64,000 nucleotides of DNA from an uncultured delta proteobacterium (lineage in GTDB: Bacteria; Desulfobacterota; Binatia; UBA9968): contig CAVXEP010000019.1 in NCBI GenBank assembly GCA_963760795.1, forward strand, positions 224,001-288,000. The letters run 5' to 3'. This document shows positions 42,303-52,630 of this stretch, piece by piece (the stretch's first letter is position 1; each line of letters opens with the position of its first letter). Under the pieces are notes generated by a model. The model was not told where the DNA came from, ran no database searches, and worked only from the letters and a program-made list of their open reading frames with translations. Made by a program: the position numbers and the translations under genes.

Positions 42303-42859
42303 ATGAAAAAATTAGCCAATTTGCTGATGTTTCTGTCGCTGGCGTTGTTACCGAGCCGAGGATTCGCAGGCGAACCAACTGCGCAACTGAGTGCGACGAT
42401 TAACGAGTTCGTGACGATAATGGTCAACACGCCGGTGTCTGAGCTGCGCACTACGGGTTTGCCCGAGAAAGCCTTGAAACTCATCCATAGCCGCTTCGAC
42501 TTTACTGAGATGACCAAGCGATCCTTGGGCCCGCACTGGAAGACTCTCGCGCCGGCGGAGCAGGGTGAGTTTGTCGATGGCTTGACCTACCGTTTGCTCG
42601 TAACCTATGGACGCACGGTGCGGACCTCGGGAGATGAGAAGGTCGTGTTCAAAAAAGAAACCTTGGATGGCGGCTACGCCAACGTCGAATCTCTTGTCGT
42701 CGGCGGCAAGTCCGACACGTCGATCGATTACCGCCTGCATGATGTGGACGGCCAGTGGCGCGTCTATGATGTGGTCATCGAGCATGTGAGCATCGTCAGC
42801 AATTTTCGCGCACTTCGGTGAAAGCGTTGCTCGAAAAGATCAAGCAGCGCCAGTCCTAG
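42303..42859 (+). CDS. mlaC: MlaC/Ttg2D phospholipid-binding protein with disrupted C-terminus
   Basis: FDFTEMTKRSLGPHW, IDYRL, WRVYDVVIEHVSIVSNFRA; the final helix SVKALLEKIKQRQS* lies in another frame. Confidence 0.78.
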
Positions 42860-42956
42860 CATTTAGTGCAGTCCATTCGATCGTTGCCGACTTCAATCGC
42901 CTAAGCTCAGATGAGCTAAGGCCGATCTGTTTTTTGAAACGAGTGAGTTTGCCCAC

Positions 42957-42984
42957 TGTCATTTCGCGCGCAGCGATATATCTC
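42957..42984 (+). repeat. 28-bp REP-like element (consensus TGTCATTTCGAGCGCAGCGAGAAATCTC)
   Basis: TGTCATTTCGCGCGCAGCGATATATCTC; related copies at 60465-60492 (reverse) and 60637-60664. Confidence 0.65.
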
Positions 42985-43044
42985 TCCTGAGCCAAGCCAA
43001 CCAAGCGTTGACGAACTCAGCGCGGTTCGATACTTGATCGTCCC

Positions 43045-43995
43045 ATGACCAAGCTCAAAATCACTTTGGCCCTAGGCTCCTATGACCGGCACGCGCCTTT
43101 GCTCGAAGGCTGCATCCAACACCCGGATATAGACATCGATTATATCGAGTGCGACCCGCAGCAGGGGCGCCATGAGCGGTTTTTGCAGCATTGGGAATTC
43201 GATGCCGCGGAGCTGTCCTTTTCATCGTACTGCATCGCCGTCGATCAGGGCATGCCGGTGCATGCGGTGCCGATCTTTCCGCGCCGGCTGTTCAGCCAGT
43301 CGCAAATGTACAAGAACGTTAACTGTGGTATCGCGACGCCGAAGGATTTGGTTGGTAAGCGTATCGGCTTGAGTGGTTATCAAAATACTTTAGGTGTGCG
43401 CGCCAAGGGCGACCTGATGCACTTTTACGGCGTCGATCGAAAGTCAGTGACCTGGATCACGCCAGGTAAGGAAGTGGTCGATGTCGAGTTGCCCGCCGAT
43501 TTGAAAATTGAAAGTCGCGGCAGCATGGCCGAGATCGAGCAGGAATTTGTCGACGGCAAAATTCACGCGATGTTCGTGTCGCGCCTACCCAAGCCCTTCC
43601 GCGACGGCAACAAGAACTTGGCCCGGCTGTTCGCCGATCCGCAAGCCGAAGAAGAACGCTATCTGCGCGAAGAAGGCTACTTCCCGATCATGCATGTCTT
43701 AGCGTACAAAAAAGACTTGGCCGAGAAATATCCGAAGCTTTCGCGCGCGCTTTTCGATGTCTTCGAACAAGCCCGCTCCCGCGCTACGCAGCGCTGGGTC
43801 GATCCCAACTGGTCCATGGTGATGTGGGGCAGGAAAGAGCTGGAGCGAGAGATAGAGTTGTGTAGCTTCGATCCGTGGAAGAACGGTCTAGACGCCAACC
43901 GCAAAAACATCGAACGCTTCGCACTCTACAGCTACGAACAGGGCTTGACCAAGCGGCGGCTCACGCCGGAGGAATTGTTTGTGGGAATCGAATAA
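43045..43995 (+). CDS. 4,5-dihydroxyphthalate decarboxylase-like / periplasmic-binding-fold protein
   Basis: ALGSYDRHAPL, EFDAAELSFSSY, PIFPRRLF, FPIMHV, GLDANRK, YSYEQGL; no signal peptide. Confidence 0.82.
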   Translation: MTKLKITLALGSYDRHAPLLEGCIQHPDIDIDYIECDPQQGRHERFLQHWEFDAAELSFSSYCIAVDQGMPVHAVPIFPRRLFSQSQMYKNVNCGIATPKDLVGKRIGLSGYQNTLGVRAKGDLMHFYGVDRKSVTWITPGKEVVDVELPADLKIESRGSMAEIEQEFVDGKIHAMFVSRLPKPFRDGNKNLARLFADPQAEEERYLREEGYFPIMHVLAYKKDLAEKYPKLSRALFDVFEQARSRATQRWVDPNWSMVMWGRKELEREIELCSFDPWKNGLDANRKNIERFALYSYEQGLTKRRLTPEELFVGIE

Positions 43996-44015
43996 GAACG
44001 TTTTGAGTTTAGAGT

Positions 44016-45353
44016 TTACCGTTCTTCGGACAACTGAAAATTGATAACTGTCGACTCCCGCCGCGGTGGCTTTGCCAACAGCACCAAGAACGCTGAAGTA
44101 AACAGCGCACAAGAAAAAATCGTGAACGAAAGATCATAGCTGCCGGTGCGGTCATGCAGAAAACCGAAGAACGGCGCACCGCTGGCGGCGAATAGATGCG
44201 AGAACAGCATCGATAGGCCGCGCACGGTGCCGAGGGAGTTCCGGCCGAAGAAATTGGCCCAGATCACTTCGCGCAAGACGAAGCTTCCCGCCAAACCTGT
44301 GCCATAGAGAAAAAAGCCAATATAGGTGACATGAATTTGCCGACTGGTGATGGCGGTGATCAGGCCGATGCCTTGAATCAGAAACTGGATACAAGAAACT
44401 TTTCGGATATCGAATTTGTCGGCGAGCATGCCCCAGACCAGTGTCGAGCCCAGTTGCGTGATTGCGATGGTGCTCATGAACGAAGCGGCGACAAGCGGTG
44501 AGTGGCCGATGTCGGTGACATAGGAGAAAATGTGGAGATTCAAACCGGCGATGCCGACGCTGGCGATGCCGAAGGTGATGACGAGCACCCAAAATGTCCC
44601 TGACCGAATGGCCTGGGCACGAGTCCACACCGTTTCGTCAGAACTTTGTGCCGGTTGTTTTCGGCGGTCGTCGGTTCTGGATTCTCGCGGCTCTGCAATG
44701 GCGGCCAGGGGTGGATCGCCATCTGGGCGGAGTCCTAAGTCCTCGGGTTGGCGGCGCACGAAAATCAGCGCCGGGGCGACAACTAACAGCGGCGCGATGA
44801 TGCCGAAGATCGCCCAAGTGTAGCGCCAGCCGACGAGGACGAACAGCGACGCGGCGGCGATCGGGATACTCAGCTTGGCGACACCGGTGCCGAGGTTGGC
44901 GATGCCCATGGCGCGGCCGCGCTTGCGCACGAACCATTGGGCGATGGTGACGTTGATCACCAGGGAACCGAGCAGTGCTTCGCCGGCGATGACCAACGAG
45001 CAGCGCACGACGACGAACTGCCAAAAACTCTGCACCAAGCTCGAAAGTAACAGCCCCGCGCCTTCCATGAGCACGCCCAAGACAAGCACGCCACGCCCAC
45101 CATGGCGGTCGATCCACGAACCGAGCATGGGCACGATCAACGCGGCGACGCCGATCTCGAAAGTACGAATCAGCGAAAATGCGCCGCGAGTTACGCCAAG
45201 CTCTTCGGTGATCGGTTTGAGAAAAATGCTCAACGTGCTGGAAAAGGCGAAAGTGCCTGCGATGTTGACGAGAATGCCGACGGCAACGATGTACCAGCCG
45301 TAGAAGAAACGGGGCTGAATGGCGGAGCCATCCGTCTTGTGATGTGCGGTCAT
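44016..45353 (-). CDS. MFS transporter (monocarboxylate porter/OFA-like)
   Basis: FFYGWYIV, WFVRKRGRAMG, WANFFGR, about 12 TM. Confidence 0.9.
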   Translation of the reverse strand: MTAHHKTDGSAIQPRFFYGWYIVAVGILVNIAGTFAFSSTLSIFLKPITEELGVTRGAFSLIRTFEIGVAALIVPMLGSWIDRHGGRGVLVLGVLMEGAGLLLSSLVQSFWQFVVVRCSLVIAGEALLGSLVINVTIAQWFVRKRGRAMGIANLGTGVAKLSIPIAAASLFVLVGWRYTWAIFGIIAPLLVVAPALIFVRRQPEDLGLRPDGDPPLAAIAEPRESRTDDRRKQPAQSSDETVWTRAQAIRSGTFWVLVITFGIASVGIAGLNLHIFSYVTDIGHSPLVAASFMSTIAITQLGSTLVWGMLADKFDIRKVSCIQFLIQGIGLITAITSRQIHVTYIGFFLYGTGLAGSFVLREVIWANFFGRNSLGTVRGLSMLFSHLFAASGAPFFGFLHDRTGSYDLSFTIFSCALFTSAFLVLLAKPPRRESTVINFQLSEER

Positions 45354-45420
45354 ATCTGCAGCTGACGCCCGTGATGTCTATCGAATGGCTATAGCGTTTG
45401 AGGGAAGTTCTCCGAACCCT

Positions 45421-45455
45421 GTAGGATGCGGTGAGTCTAGCGAACCGCACCAATC
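45421..45455 (+). repeat. GTAG-type REP-like palindrome
   Basis: GTAG followed by the imperfect palindrome GATGCGGT...ACCGCACC; intergenic. Confidence 0.55.
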
Positions 45456-45512
45456 CTCCAACATTCCCGGCTCGCAATAGCGAAGTTCAGGACAGTGAAA
45501 TAGGCGGCAAAT

Positions 45513-46586
45513 TTACTTGGCCGCCTGCGCGACCGGTCGCAGTAACTCCGCTAAATGATGCTTCCACCACTTCGCTCTGCCGGTGGTGCCGTGGCCGGCG
45601 GTTTCGTCGCTTGCTGGGATCAGCATATATTGGCCGTGCTTCACGCGCTTAATCTCGCGTTCCATGATCCCTAGCTCGGTGGGATTTCGTTCGTCGTCGG
45701 CGGAGTTGATGGCGAGGAGGCGAGCTTTGATGCTTTCTAATTTGGCCGCGGGATTATAATCGCGGGCAGACTCGTACTGATAAATCAGATCGTTGGCGTC
45801 GGCCCTCGACGTTTGCGCTAGGCGCTGGTTGACCAGCTGATCGGCTTTTTCCCGCGTCGGCGCCGCCTTCTGAAGTGCCTGGGTGCCGCCGTTGGTGGCG
45901 ATACTAAAAAAAGTTTGCGCCAGCTGAAGGCTGCGCGGTTGTTTGGTGTAGTTGCCGCCGTTCCACTCCGGGTCGCTGCGGATCAATTCGATCATCATGC
46001 GGCGGGTTATCCAGTTGCGGCCGGCCATTTCGACCGGCATGCAGGCCATCGGCGCAAGAGCGTCCATGAAGTCCGGGTACAGAGTTCCCCAAATCCAGGT
46101 TTGCATCCCGCCGCCGGAATTTCCCATAACCAGACGCAAACGACGTACACCGAGGTGCTCGGTGGCCAGTCGATATTGCGCCCGCACTAGATCGTCGGAG
46201 TTGTAGCGGGGAAAGTTTGTCCGCAACCCATCGGATGGCTTGGATGACTTTCCGGCGCCGATAGCGTCCGGAATAATAATGAAGTAGCGAGTCGCGTCGA
46301 GGGGTTGTCCTGGACCAAACAGTTCGCCGGCGAAGTCGTTGTTCAGAAAATTCGTTCCAGCGCCGCCTGTACCGTGGAGGATCAACACCGGTTCCCCTGA
46401 GGGAGACCCTACGGTGGTGTAATGCAATCGCAGCTCCGGCAGCACTTCACCGGTGTGAAAGCGGAAATCGCGCACTGCCCAGTTTCCTTCCTTGGGCGCC
46501 GGATAGTCGGCGGCCTGGAGTGAATCAGCGATAGAAAAACCGAGCAGGCCGCAAATGACGATCGACAAGAATTTAATATGTTTCAT
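45513..46586 (-). CDS. Secreted alpha/beta hydrolase (homoserine O-acetyltransferase-like)
   Basis: Signal peptide, LILHGTGG, GNSGGG nucleophile elbow, INSADDERNP, GHGT. Confidence 0.88.
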   Translation of the reverse strand: MKHIKFLSIVICGLLGFSIADSLQAADYPAPKEGNWAVRDFRFHTGEVLPELRLHYTTVGSPSGEPVLILHGTGGAGTNFLNNDFAGELFGPGQPLDATRYFIIIPDAIGAGKSSKPSDGLRTNFPRYNSDDLVRAQYRLATEHLGVRRLRLVMGNSGGGMQTWIWGTLYPDFMDALAPMACMPVEMAGRNWITRRMMIELIRSDPEWNGGNYTKQPRSLQLAQTFFSIATNGGTQALQKAAPTREKADQLVNQRLAQTSRADANDLIYQYESARDYNPAAKLESIKARLLAINSADDERNPTELGIMEREIKRVKHGQYMLIPASDETAGHGTTGRAKWWKHHLAELLRPVAQAAK

Positions 46587-46600
46587 ACGGCCTCCTGTTA

Positions 46601-47444
46601 TTAAGAACGGTCGCTGTTAATTTCCCACCAGTTGCCATTCAAGTCGGCAAATAGAAAAGACGCTGACTTCGTTGGATTCGCTTACTGCTTCAAGCTCGCG
46701 CAGTTGCCAACTTTCGCGATTCGCGGTGAATTCACGATGAGCGTCGTGCACCGCTGTCGGCGAGTCTAATGCGACGGTGAAACGTTGATAGCGAGACAAC
46801 CGGGGACGGTTGGGATTTTGCGCTTGAATGCAGACGATGTACCACGGCGTGTCGGCATGTTTGACGTAGCAGGAGCTGGGCCAGAGTTTGACCACTTCCA
46901 AGCCGAGGGCTTCTTTGTAGAAACGCTCGGATGCGGCGAGGTCGTCGTTCTCTAACGTTCCGTGGGTCAGCGCTTGGGGTACGTAGCCTTTGCCGGCGAA
47001 AGTTTCTGCGGCTAACGGTTTTGTCCAGTGCGGGTTGGTGGTTTTGCCCATGCCGTGCTCGACGGCGTGTTCGTAGGACTCGATCTCCCAGTAGTTGCCG
47101 CCGGGTTCGTAAAAGTGGACCGAGTAGGCGTTGTGGTTCTCGCGCGGCTTGATCACTTTGATGCCGAACTGGTTCTTGCGGCTCTCCAAATATTCCGTCG
47201 CGGTATCCACTTCGGCGTTAGTGGCGACGCGCACGCCGTAATGGTTGCGCATGGACTTGATCGGCGCGGCGGGGCCGTTGGCATGGACGACGATCTGCCA
47301 GCCGGTGTTTGGATGTTGAAGAATTTTCTCGCCGGCTTTTTCGTCAACCACGTCAAGGGCGAGGAACTCCTTGAGGATCGGCAAAGATTCGTCGAAGGAT
47401 CGGCATTCGTAATGGCCGCTTATCAAACCGGTTGGTTTTAGCAT
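46601..47444 (-). CDS. Two-domain VOC (glyoxalase-like) family protein; C-terminal frameshift
   Basis: SGHYEC, NHYGVRV, EPGGNYWEIE, LTHGTLE; the equivalent C-terminal motif FADLNGNWWEI* is in a shifted frame near 46660. Confidence 0.8.
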
Positions 47445-47465
47445 CGCATCTTTCTCCAAAAAAAA

Positions 47466-48515
47466 TTAATTGGGCAGCTTCCCGCCCCACAGCTCCTTCA
47501 AAAATCCGCTCTTCTCTAGATTTTCCGCGAAGCTATTGTCGACGATCTCGTTGGCTTTCTTGCTAACTTTAGCGCCGGTTTCGCGCGCCACTTCCACGGA
47601 ATCCGCCACAGCGTTGAGCGGCACGATCAGGCGCCGGTTCACATGCTTCTTGGCATAGGCATCGTAAGAGGATTGCAACGCGTCTTCGTCGCTGACTCTG
47701 AGTATTTTCGCTACCGACGCCTTGGCCTTTTCGGGATTGTCTTCAACGAATTTGACGGCTTCCGCCAGCGCCGCGACAAACCGCTGGACGGTCTGTCGGC
47801 GCTCGCGCAGAGACTTGGCGTTGGTGTGCAACGAGCTGTATATCGCCGGCAAGCCCAAGTCATTCATATGGTAGACCAGATTGAATCCATCCTTCTTGCC
47901 GCGCGCGTCCATTGGCGGCGTGAATGGCCCGGAATCGATAACGCCTTGCATCATGGCGTTGTAGCGCTCCGGCTGGCTGCCGCCGACGGGCCGGATCTGC
48001 GTGTCACTAAGCCCGAACTTCTTCACGAAGATTCGCAGCAGACGGTAGGGCAGGCCGGCGACACTGCCGACGCCGATGGACTTCCCTTTCAAATCTTGCA
48101 CCGTGCGGATTTCCTTGCGCGCGATGATCACGTAGGGCAAACCGACCAAGGGCGAAGCGAGCAGCATGGCGTCCCGGCCCACGGCCATACCCGGCAGAGT
48201 CGAGTCGGCGGCGCAATAGAGAAACTGCACTTCGTCGGCGCCGAGGGCGGCAAGGTTGATATTCGTGCCGCCGCGGATGACGACATGCTTGATCGCGATG
48301 CCGTACTTTTCAAACAGGTTCTGGTCGAGGGCGGTATAGAGTTGGATAAACCCGCCGGAAACGGCGCAGGTGGCCACGTAAACCGTGACCGGCGCTTCGC
48401 CCGGCTTTGCCAGGTACGGATTGGCGCGCGCAAATGACGCCGCGAAAATGCATAGGACGACGACGCCGATGGATAAAAAACGTCTTACGGTCTTGGTGTT
48501 CGGGTGCAATGACAT
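47466..48515 (-). CDS. NitT/TauT-type ABC substrate-binding protein
   Basis: Signal peptide, LFEKYGI, DLKGKSIGV, VDNSFAENLEKSGFLKELW. Confidence 0.88.
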   Translation of the reverse strand: MSLHPNTKTVRRFLSIGVVVLCIFAASFARANPYLAKPGEAPVTVYVATCAVSGGFIQLYTALDQNLFEKYGIAIKHVVIRGGTNINLAALGADEVQFLYCAADSTLPGMAVGRDAMLLASPLVGLPYVIIARKEIRTVQDLKGKSIGVGSVAGLPYRLLRIFVKKFGLSDTQIRPVGGSQPERYNAMMQGVIDSGPFTPPMDARGKKDGFNLVYHMNDLGLPAIYSSLHTNAKSLRERRQTVQRFVAALAEAVKFVEDNPEKAKASVAKILRVSDEDALQSSYDAYAKKHVNRRLIVPLNAVADSVEVARETGAKVSKKANEIVDNSFAENLEKSGFLKELWGGKLPN

Positions 48516-48665
48516 GATTCCCCTCGGCTAAAGTTGCGCGTTTCGGCTGTCCGATAAGACAACAGCGCTGTTGTCCTGTCAACCACTTGCTGGTCATAGC
48601 GAGCGGCTTGAAAAGCTGAACGGACAGCACTAAGAATGGCGGCGCAGGTTGCTCCGGAGGTTGTC

Positions 48666-49745
48666 ATGCTGATTCTTTCCAACGACGACATCGAAAAAAT
48701 TCTTCCGGTGGGCGCGTGCCTCGACGTGCTCGAAGAAGCGTATCGAGACCTCGGCAACGGCATGGCGGCAACGGTGCCGCGCTACGACGTTTTCAGCCCG
48801 ACGAAATCATCGAATGAGTTCTACGAGTACAAAACCATGAGCGGCGTGCTGCCCAATCGCGGCATCGCCGCGCTGCGGCTCAACTCCAGCGTGGTCAAGT
48901 GGTACGAGAAGGCGGGCGGCGTGCGCAAGGACAAACTGCCGGTGGCCGGCGGCGACCGCTACGTGGGGCTGATGATGCTGTTCAGCACCGAGACCGGCGA
49001 ACCGCTGGCGATTTTCCCCGATGGCTATGTGCAGAAGTTGCGTGTTGCCGGCGCCAGCGCAATCGCCGCGCGCTACCTGGCGCGCAAGGATTCAACCACG
49101 ATGGCGTTGCTCGGCTCGGGCTGGCAGGCGAGCGCGCATCTCGTCACGATGGCGATGATCCGTGATTTGAAACAGGTCCGAGTCTTTAGCCCGACGCCGG
49201 AGTCGCGCCGCAAGTTTGTCGAGGATTGGCGCGATAAGGTGACAGCGGAACTGATCGAATCAGCCAGCGCCGCCGAAGCGATTAAAGACGCCGACATGGT
49301 GATCTGCACGACCAACTCGATCTCGGCGTTGTTTCCCGGCGAGCTGTTGCAGCCGGGCATGCATGTGTCGTGCGTTAAGCCGTGTGAGCTCGATGCGCTG
49401 ACGTACAAGCGCGCCGATCCGCTGATCATTCACTGGCGCGAGGCGAAACCGTTTCAGATCGCCATCGGTGTCGATCCGCAGTCGATCCCCGATATTGCCG
49501 AGGGCTGGCCCCACCCGATCACGCGCGAAGACACGGCGATCTGGGATTTGCCGACGATCTCGCAGTTGGTCAATGGCCAGCATCCAGGGCGAGTTCATGA
49601 CGAGGCGATCAGCTGCTTTTGCAACAATGTCGGCCTTGGTTTGCAGTTCGCCGCCGTCGGCAGCGAAGTATTGGCGCGGGCGCGGGAGGCGCGAGTAGGT
49701 CGGGAGATTCCGACGGATTGGTTTTTGGAAGATGTGCATCCGTAA
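48666..49745 (+). CDS. Ornithine cyclodeaminase / mu-crystallin family protein
   Basis: TGEPLAIFPDGYVQKLRV, LLGSGWQA, GLGLQFAAVG; SD GGAGG. Confidence 0.88.
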   Translation: MLILSNDDIEKILPVGACLDVLEEAYRDLGNGMAATVPRYDVFSPTKSSNEFYEYKTMSGVLPNRGIAALRLNSSVVKWYEKAGGVRKDKLPVAGGDRYVGLMMLFSTETGEPLAIFPDGYVQKLRVAGASAIAARYLARKDSTTMALLGSGWQASAHLVTMAMIRDLKQVRVFSPTPESRRKFVEDWRDKVTAELIESASAAEAIKDADMVICTTNSISALFPGELLQPGMHVSCVKPCELDALTYKRADPLIIHWREAKPFQIAIGVDPQSIPDIAEGWPHPITREDTAIWDLPTISQLVNGQHPGRVHDEAISCFCNNVGLGLQFAAVGSEVLARAREARVGREIPTDWFLEDVHP

Positions 49746-49751
49746 TATTTT

Positions 49752-49787
49752 GTTCAAGGTTCAAACGTTCAATGTTCAAGGTCGGAA
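49752..49787 (+). repeat. GTTCAA repeat, left arm only
   Basis: Four GTTCAA units followed by GTCGGAA; shares GGTTCAAACGTTCAA and GTTCAAGGTCGGAA with 37455-37485. Confidence 0.75.
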
Positions 49788-49794
49788 AGGCGCA

Positions 49795-50776
49795 ATGGTT
49801 GTCGCTGCTCTTTTCGTGTGGCTAGCGTTTACTTCCTATCCGCATTGCCGCGCAGACGATCAAGCTCAAGGTCGCTTATCCGACGACGGTCGGTTCGATG
49901 GCTGTGGTTTGGGTCGCCAAAGAGGCCAAGCTTTTTGAGAAGCATGGACTCGATGTCGAGCTAATTTATGTCGCGGGCAGCTCGCGTGTTGTCCAAGCAA
50001 TGCTCGCCAAGGATATCCCGATCTCGGAGATCGCCATCCCCGCGGTGATCCAGGCCAATCTCGCCGGCGCCGATCTGGTGATGCTCGCCGGACCCAATCA
50101 CAAACCGGGGCAGAAGATTATGGTCAAGCCCGAGATCAAGCGGCGGGAGGACCTCAAGGGCAAAAAAATCGCTATCAGCCGCTTCGGCACATCGGACGAT
50201 TTTCTTCTGCGCTATGTGCTCGGTCAATGGAATCTTCAGCCCGACCGTGACGTAGCGCTGATCCAAATGGGCGGCTCGCCGGAAACGCTCGCGGGCTTGG
50301 CGGCGGGCGCTGTCGACGGCGGCTTGCTCGCTTCACCGCTCCATCTCCAGGCTGCCAAGTTCGGATTCAGTTTGCTCGCCGACCTGAGCGCCATCGGCGT
50401 CGACTACCAGGGCGCCGGTGTCGTGACGACCCGTTCGTACATGCGCGAGGCGCCGGACACGGTCCGCCGTTATCTGCGCGCCTACGTCGAAGGGCTGCAC
50501 CGATTCAAAAGCGACAAAGCCTTCGCGGCGAAAGTTATCGGCAAGTATTCGCGCATGACCGATCCCGATGCTTTGGAGGAAACCTATCAGCACTATGCCG
50601 TCAAAGTGATGCCGCGCGTGCCGTACCCGACAATCAAAGGCATTCAAATGGTTCTTGACGAGATCGGCACGCGCACGCCCAAGGCCAAGAGTCTCGCGCC
50701 GGAGAGTTTTATCGACGTGAGTTATTTGAAGGAACTGGAGCAGGGCGGTTTTATCAAGAAGCTTTATGGGGATTAG
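49795..50776 (+). CDS. NitT/TauT-type ABC substrate-binding protein; N-terminal frameshift
   Basis: WVAKEAKLFEKHGLDVEL, DLKGKKIAISRFG, FIDVSYLKELEQGGFI; the signal peptide MVVAALFVWLAF is out of frame (~49840). Confidence 0.82.
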
Positions 50777-50807
50777 AGCCTATTCAAGAAAATACCAGGA
50801 GAATTCG

Positions 50808-52427
50808 ATGATGCGATTCAAAGGTGCAATTGTCGGATGTCTTTTGATCTCGGAGACGGTTCACGCGCAGCCGGCGCCGAAGACGGTTATAAAACTTGAC
50901 GGTTTGCCGTCTTGTTCAGAGATATTGCCAAGTAAGAAAGAAGTTGCCGGCAATAGCTCGGGGCCGGACGATTGCCGTATCCTTTCGCAGCAGAAGGTGT
51001 TCAGCATTCAAGGCCAGGTGTTCGAGCGCATGGAGCTGCGCATTAGCGGCAACGTCGAAGGTTGGGCGGTGAAGGATGGCCGGCGCGGTAATTATTTCAA
51101 CGACGCGCCGGATATTGTTTTCGCCCAGTCGGAAAATCCCGGCAAACGTTTCAAAGGTATCGCCCGATACGACGGCGGCACCGGCCATGGCATGTCGTTG
51201 TTTTTTCCGGCGGACCCGAAGCATTGGAACGGCAAGCTGTTCGTCACCGCCCATGGCGCCGGTTCCTATGGCTCGGTGGGCACGCTGTTGCCGCGCGATC
51301 CCAAGGCGGACTTCAATTCGCTGCTCAATATCAATCGTTTTGCAGGGTTGTTGATCGACAAAGGTTATGCCGTGGCGCATACGCTGCGCTCAGCCGATCG
51401 CCTCGGCGGCGACGTCGCGGCATCCCTCGAAGACGGCACGACGCTCAACGTCAACGTCAGCACCCACGCCGGTTTCATCGTCAGCTTCGCCAAGAGCGCG
51501 GAAAATATGCTGCAAGCCAAACTCGGGCGCAAGCCGCAGAAGACTTACTTCTACGGGTTTTCGGCAGGCGGTTTTCTTGGCCGGTTGGTGCAGTATCATT
51601 CAGGCTTTAACCGCGACGACGATGGCAGTGCGATGTTCGACGGTTTCATAGTGGACGATGCCGGCGGCGGCGACTGGCGACCGATTTTGCTCGCCGACGG
51701 CAAGGACACGCTGCTTACCAGCGATGACGACAAACGCCGATTCGTGCCGCAGATCGATATCACGCATCAGCTCGATGTCGGTGACAACGACAGCAGCATT
51801 CGCAAAAAACGGGAGAATGCCTTGTTGCTTAAACAAAAAGGGCTGGCGGACAAACATCGCGTCTACGAGATCAAGGGCTTGGCGCATATCGACGCCGGCC
51901 TGGTGTCGCGCGCTGACCATGTCGCGCAAGCACTGGATTTGGGCGGGATTATGGACGCCTTGGTTGACCGTTTGGATGAGTGGGTGGTCGCGGGTAAAGC
52001 GCCGCCGCCGTCACGCGCGGTAATTCCTGCGCTGGGCGGCAAGAGCGAAGCCGTCGCGATGCCGGAGGTCGCCTGCCCTTTGGGCGTCTATCATATTTTT
52101 CCAGAAGTCTTGGGCGAGTCCCTGCGCGGTAGTCAGGAAACATCTTTTGCCGCTTTCGACGGTATGAATCTCGAACCGCTGGATGCGCGCGGGAAGCTGG
52201 TCGACATGAACGGTAACGGGGCGCGGGACCAGCGTGAGACGGTGGAGCAGGCGTGGCGGCGGCTCGGATTGCTCAAGGCCAATGAAACGTTTAACCGTGC
52301 GAAGTATGTTGCCTGCGTAACCCAAGCCGCGACAGCGCTGGCAAAAGACGGGTTCCTGCCGGCGCGGGTGGTGAACCACTATGTTAGTAAGGCGCATTCG
52401 GCGCCGTTGGTTCAGATAGCTCGCTGA
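50808..52427 (+). CDS. Secreted alpha/beta-hydrolase-like (tannase-like) protein
   Basis: Signal peptide, WNGKLFVTAHG, YFYGFSAGG (GxSxG), YEIKGLAHID, LAKDGFL; SD AGGAG. Confidence 0.7.
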   Translation: MMRFKGAIVGCLLISETVHAQPAPKTVIKLDGLPSCSEILPSKKEVAGNSSGPDDCRILSQQKVFSIQGQVFERMELRISGNVEGWAVKDGRRGNYFNDAPDIVFAQSENPGKRFKGIARYDGGTGHGMSLFFPADPKHWNGKLFVTAHGAGSYGSVGTLLPRDPKADFNSLLNINRFAGLLIDKGYAVAHTLRSADRLGGDVAASLEDGTTLNVNVSTHAGFIVSFAKSAENMLQAKLGRKPQKTYFYGFSAGGFLGRLVQYHSGFNRDDDGSAMFDGFIVDDAGGGDWRPILLADGKDTLLTSDDDKRRFVPQIDITHQLDVGDNDSSIRKKRENALLLKQKGLADKHRVYEIKGLAHIDAGLVSRADHVAQALDLGGIMDALVDRLDEWVVAGKAPPPSRAVIPALGGKSEAVAMPEVACPLGVYHIFPEVLGESLRGSQETSFAAFDGMNLEPLDARGKLVDMNGNGARDQRETVEQAWRRLGLLKANETFNRAKYVACVTQAATALAKDGFLPARVVNHYVSKAHSAPLVQIAR

Positions 52428-52601
52428 CAGAAATCGAAACACTCGTGCAGGCTGATTCTTGAGCGGCGTTGAAATTTCTTGGAATTCGCGAAAATACCAG
52501 ACTGATTAACAGGTCGACGGACGCGCAGCCTTTGAGATTTGTCGATTGCTGTGAGTGTAACTTTGAATCAATTTATTTTTTTATGTCGCTCAATTATCTT
52601 A

Positions 52602-52630
52602 TTGACAGAGAAAAGCCACTTTCGTAAACT
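52602..52630 (+). promoter_or_regulatory. Near-consensus sigma70 promoter with upstream AT-rich tract
   Basis: TTGACA(52602-07)-N17-TAAACT(52625-30); AT-rich run at 52566-52601. Confidence 0.75.
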
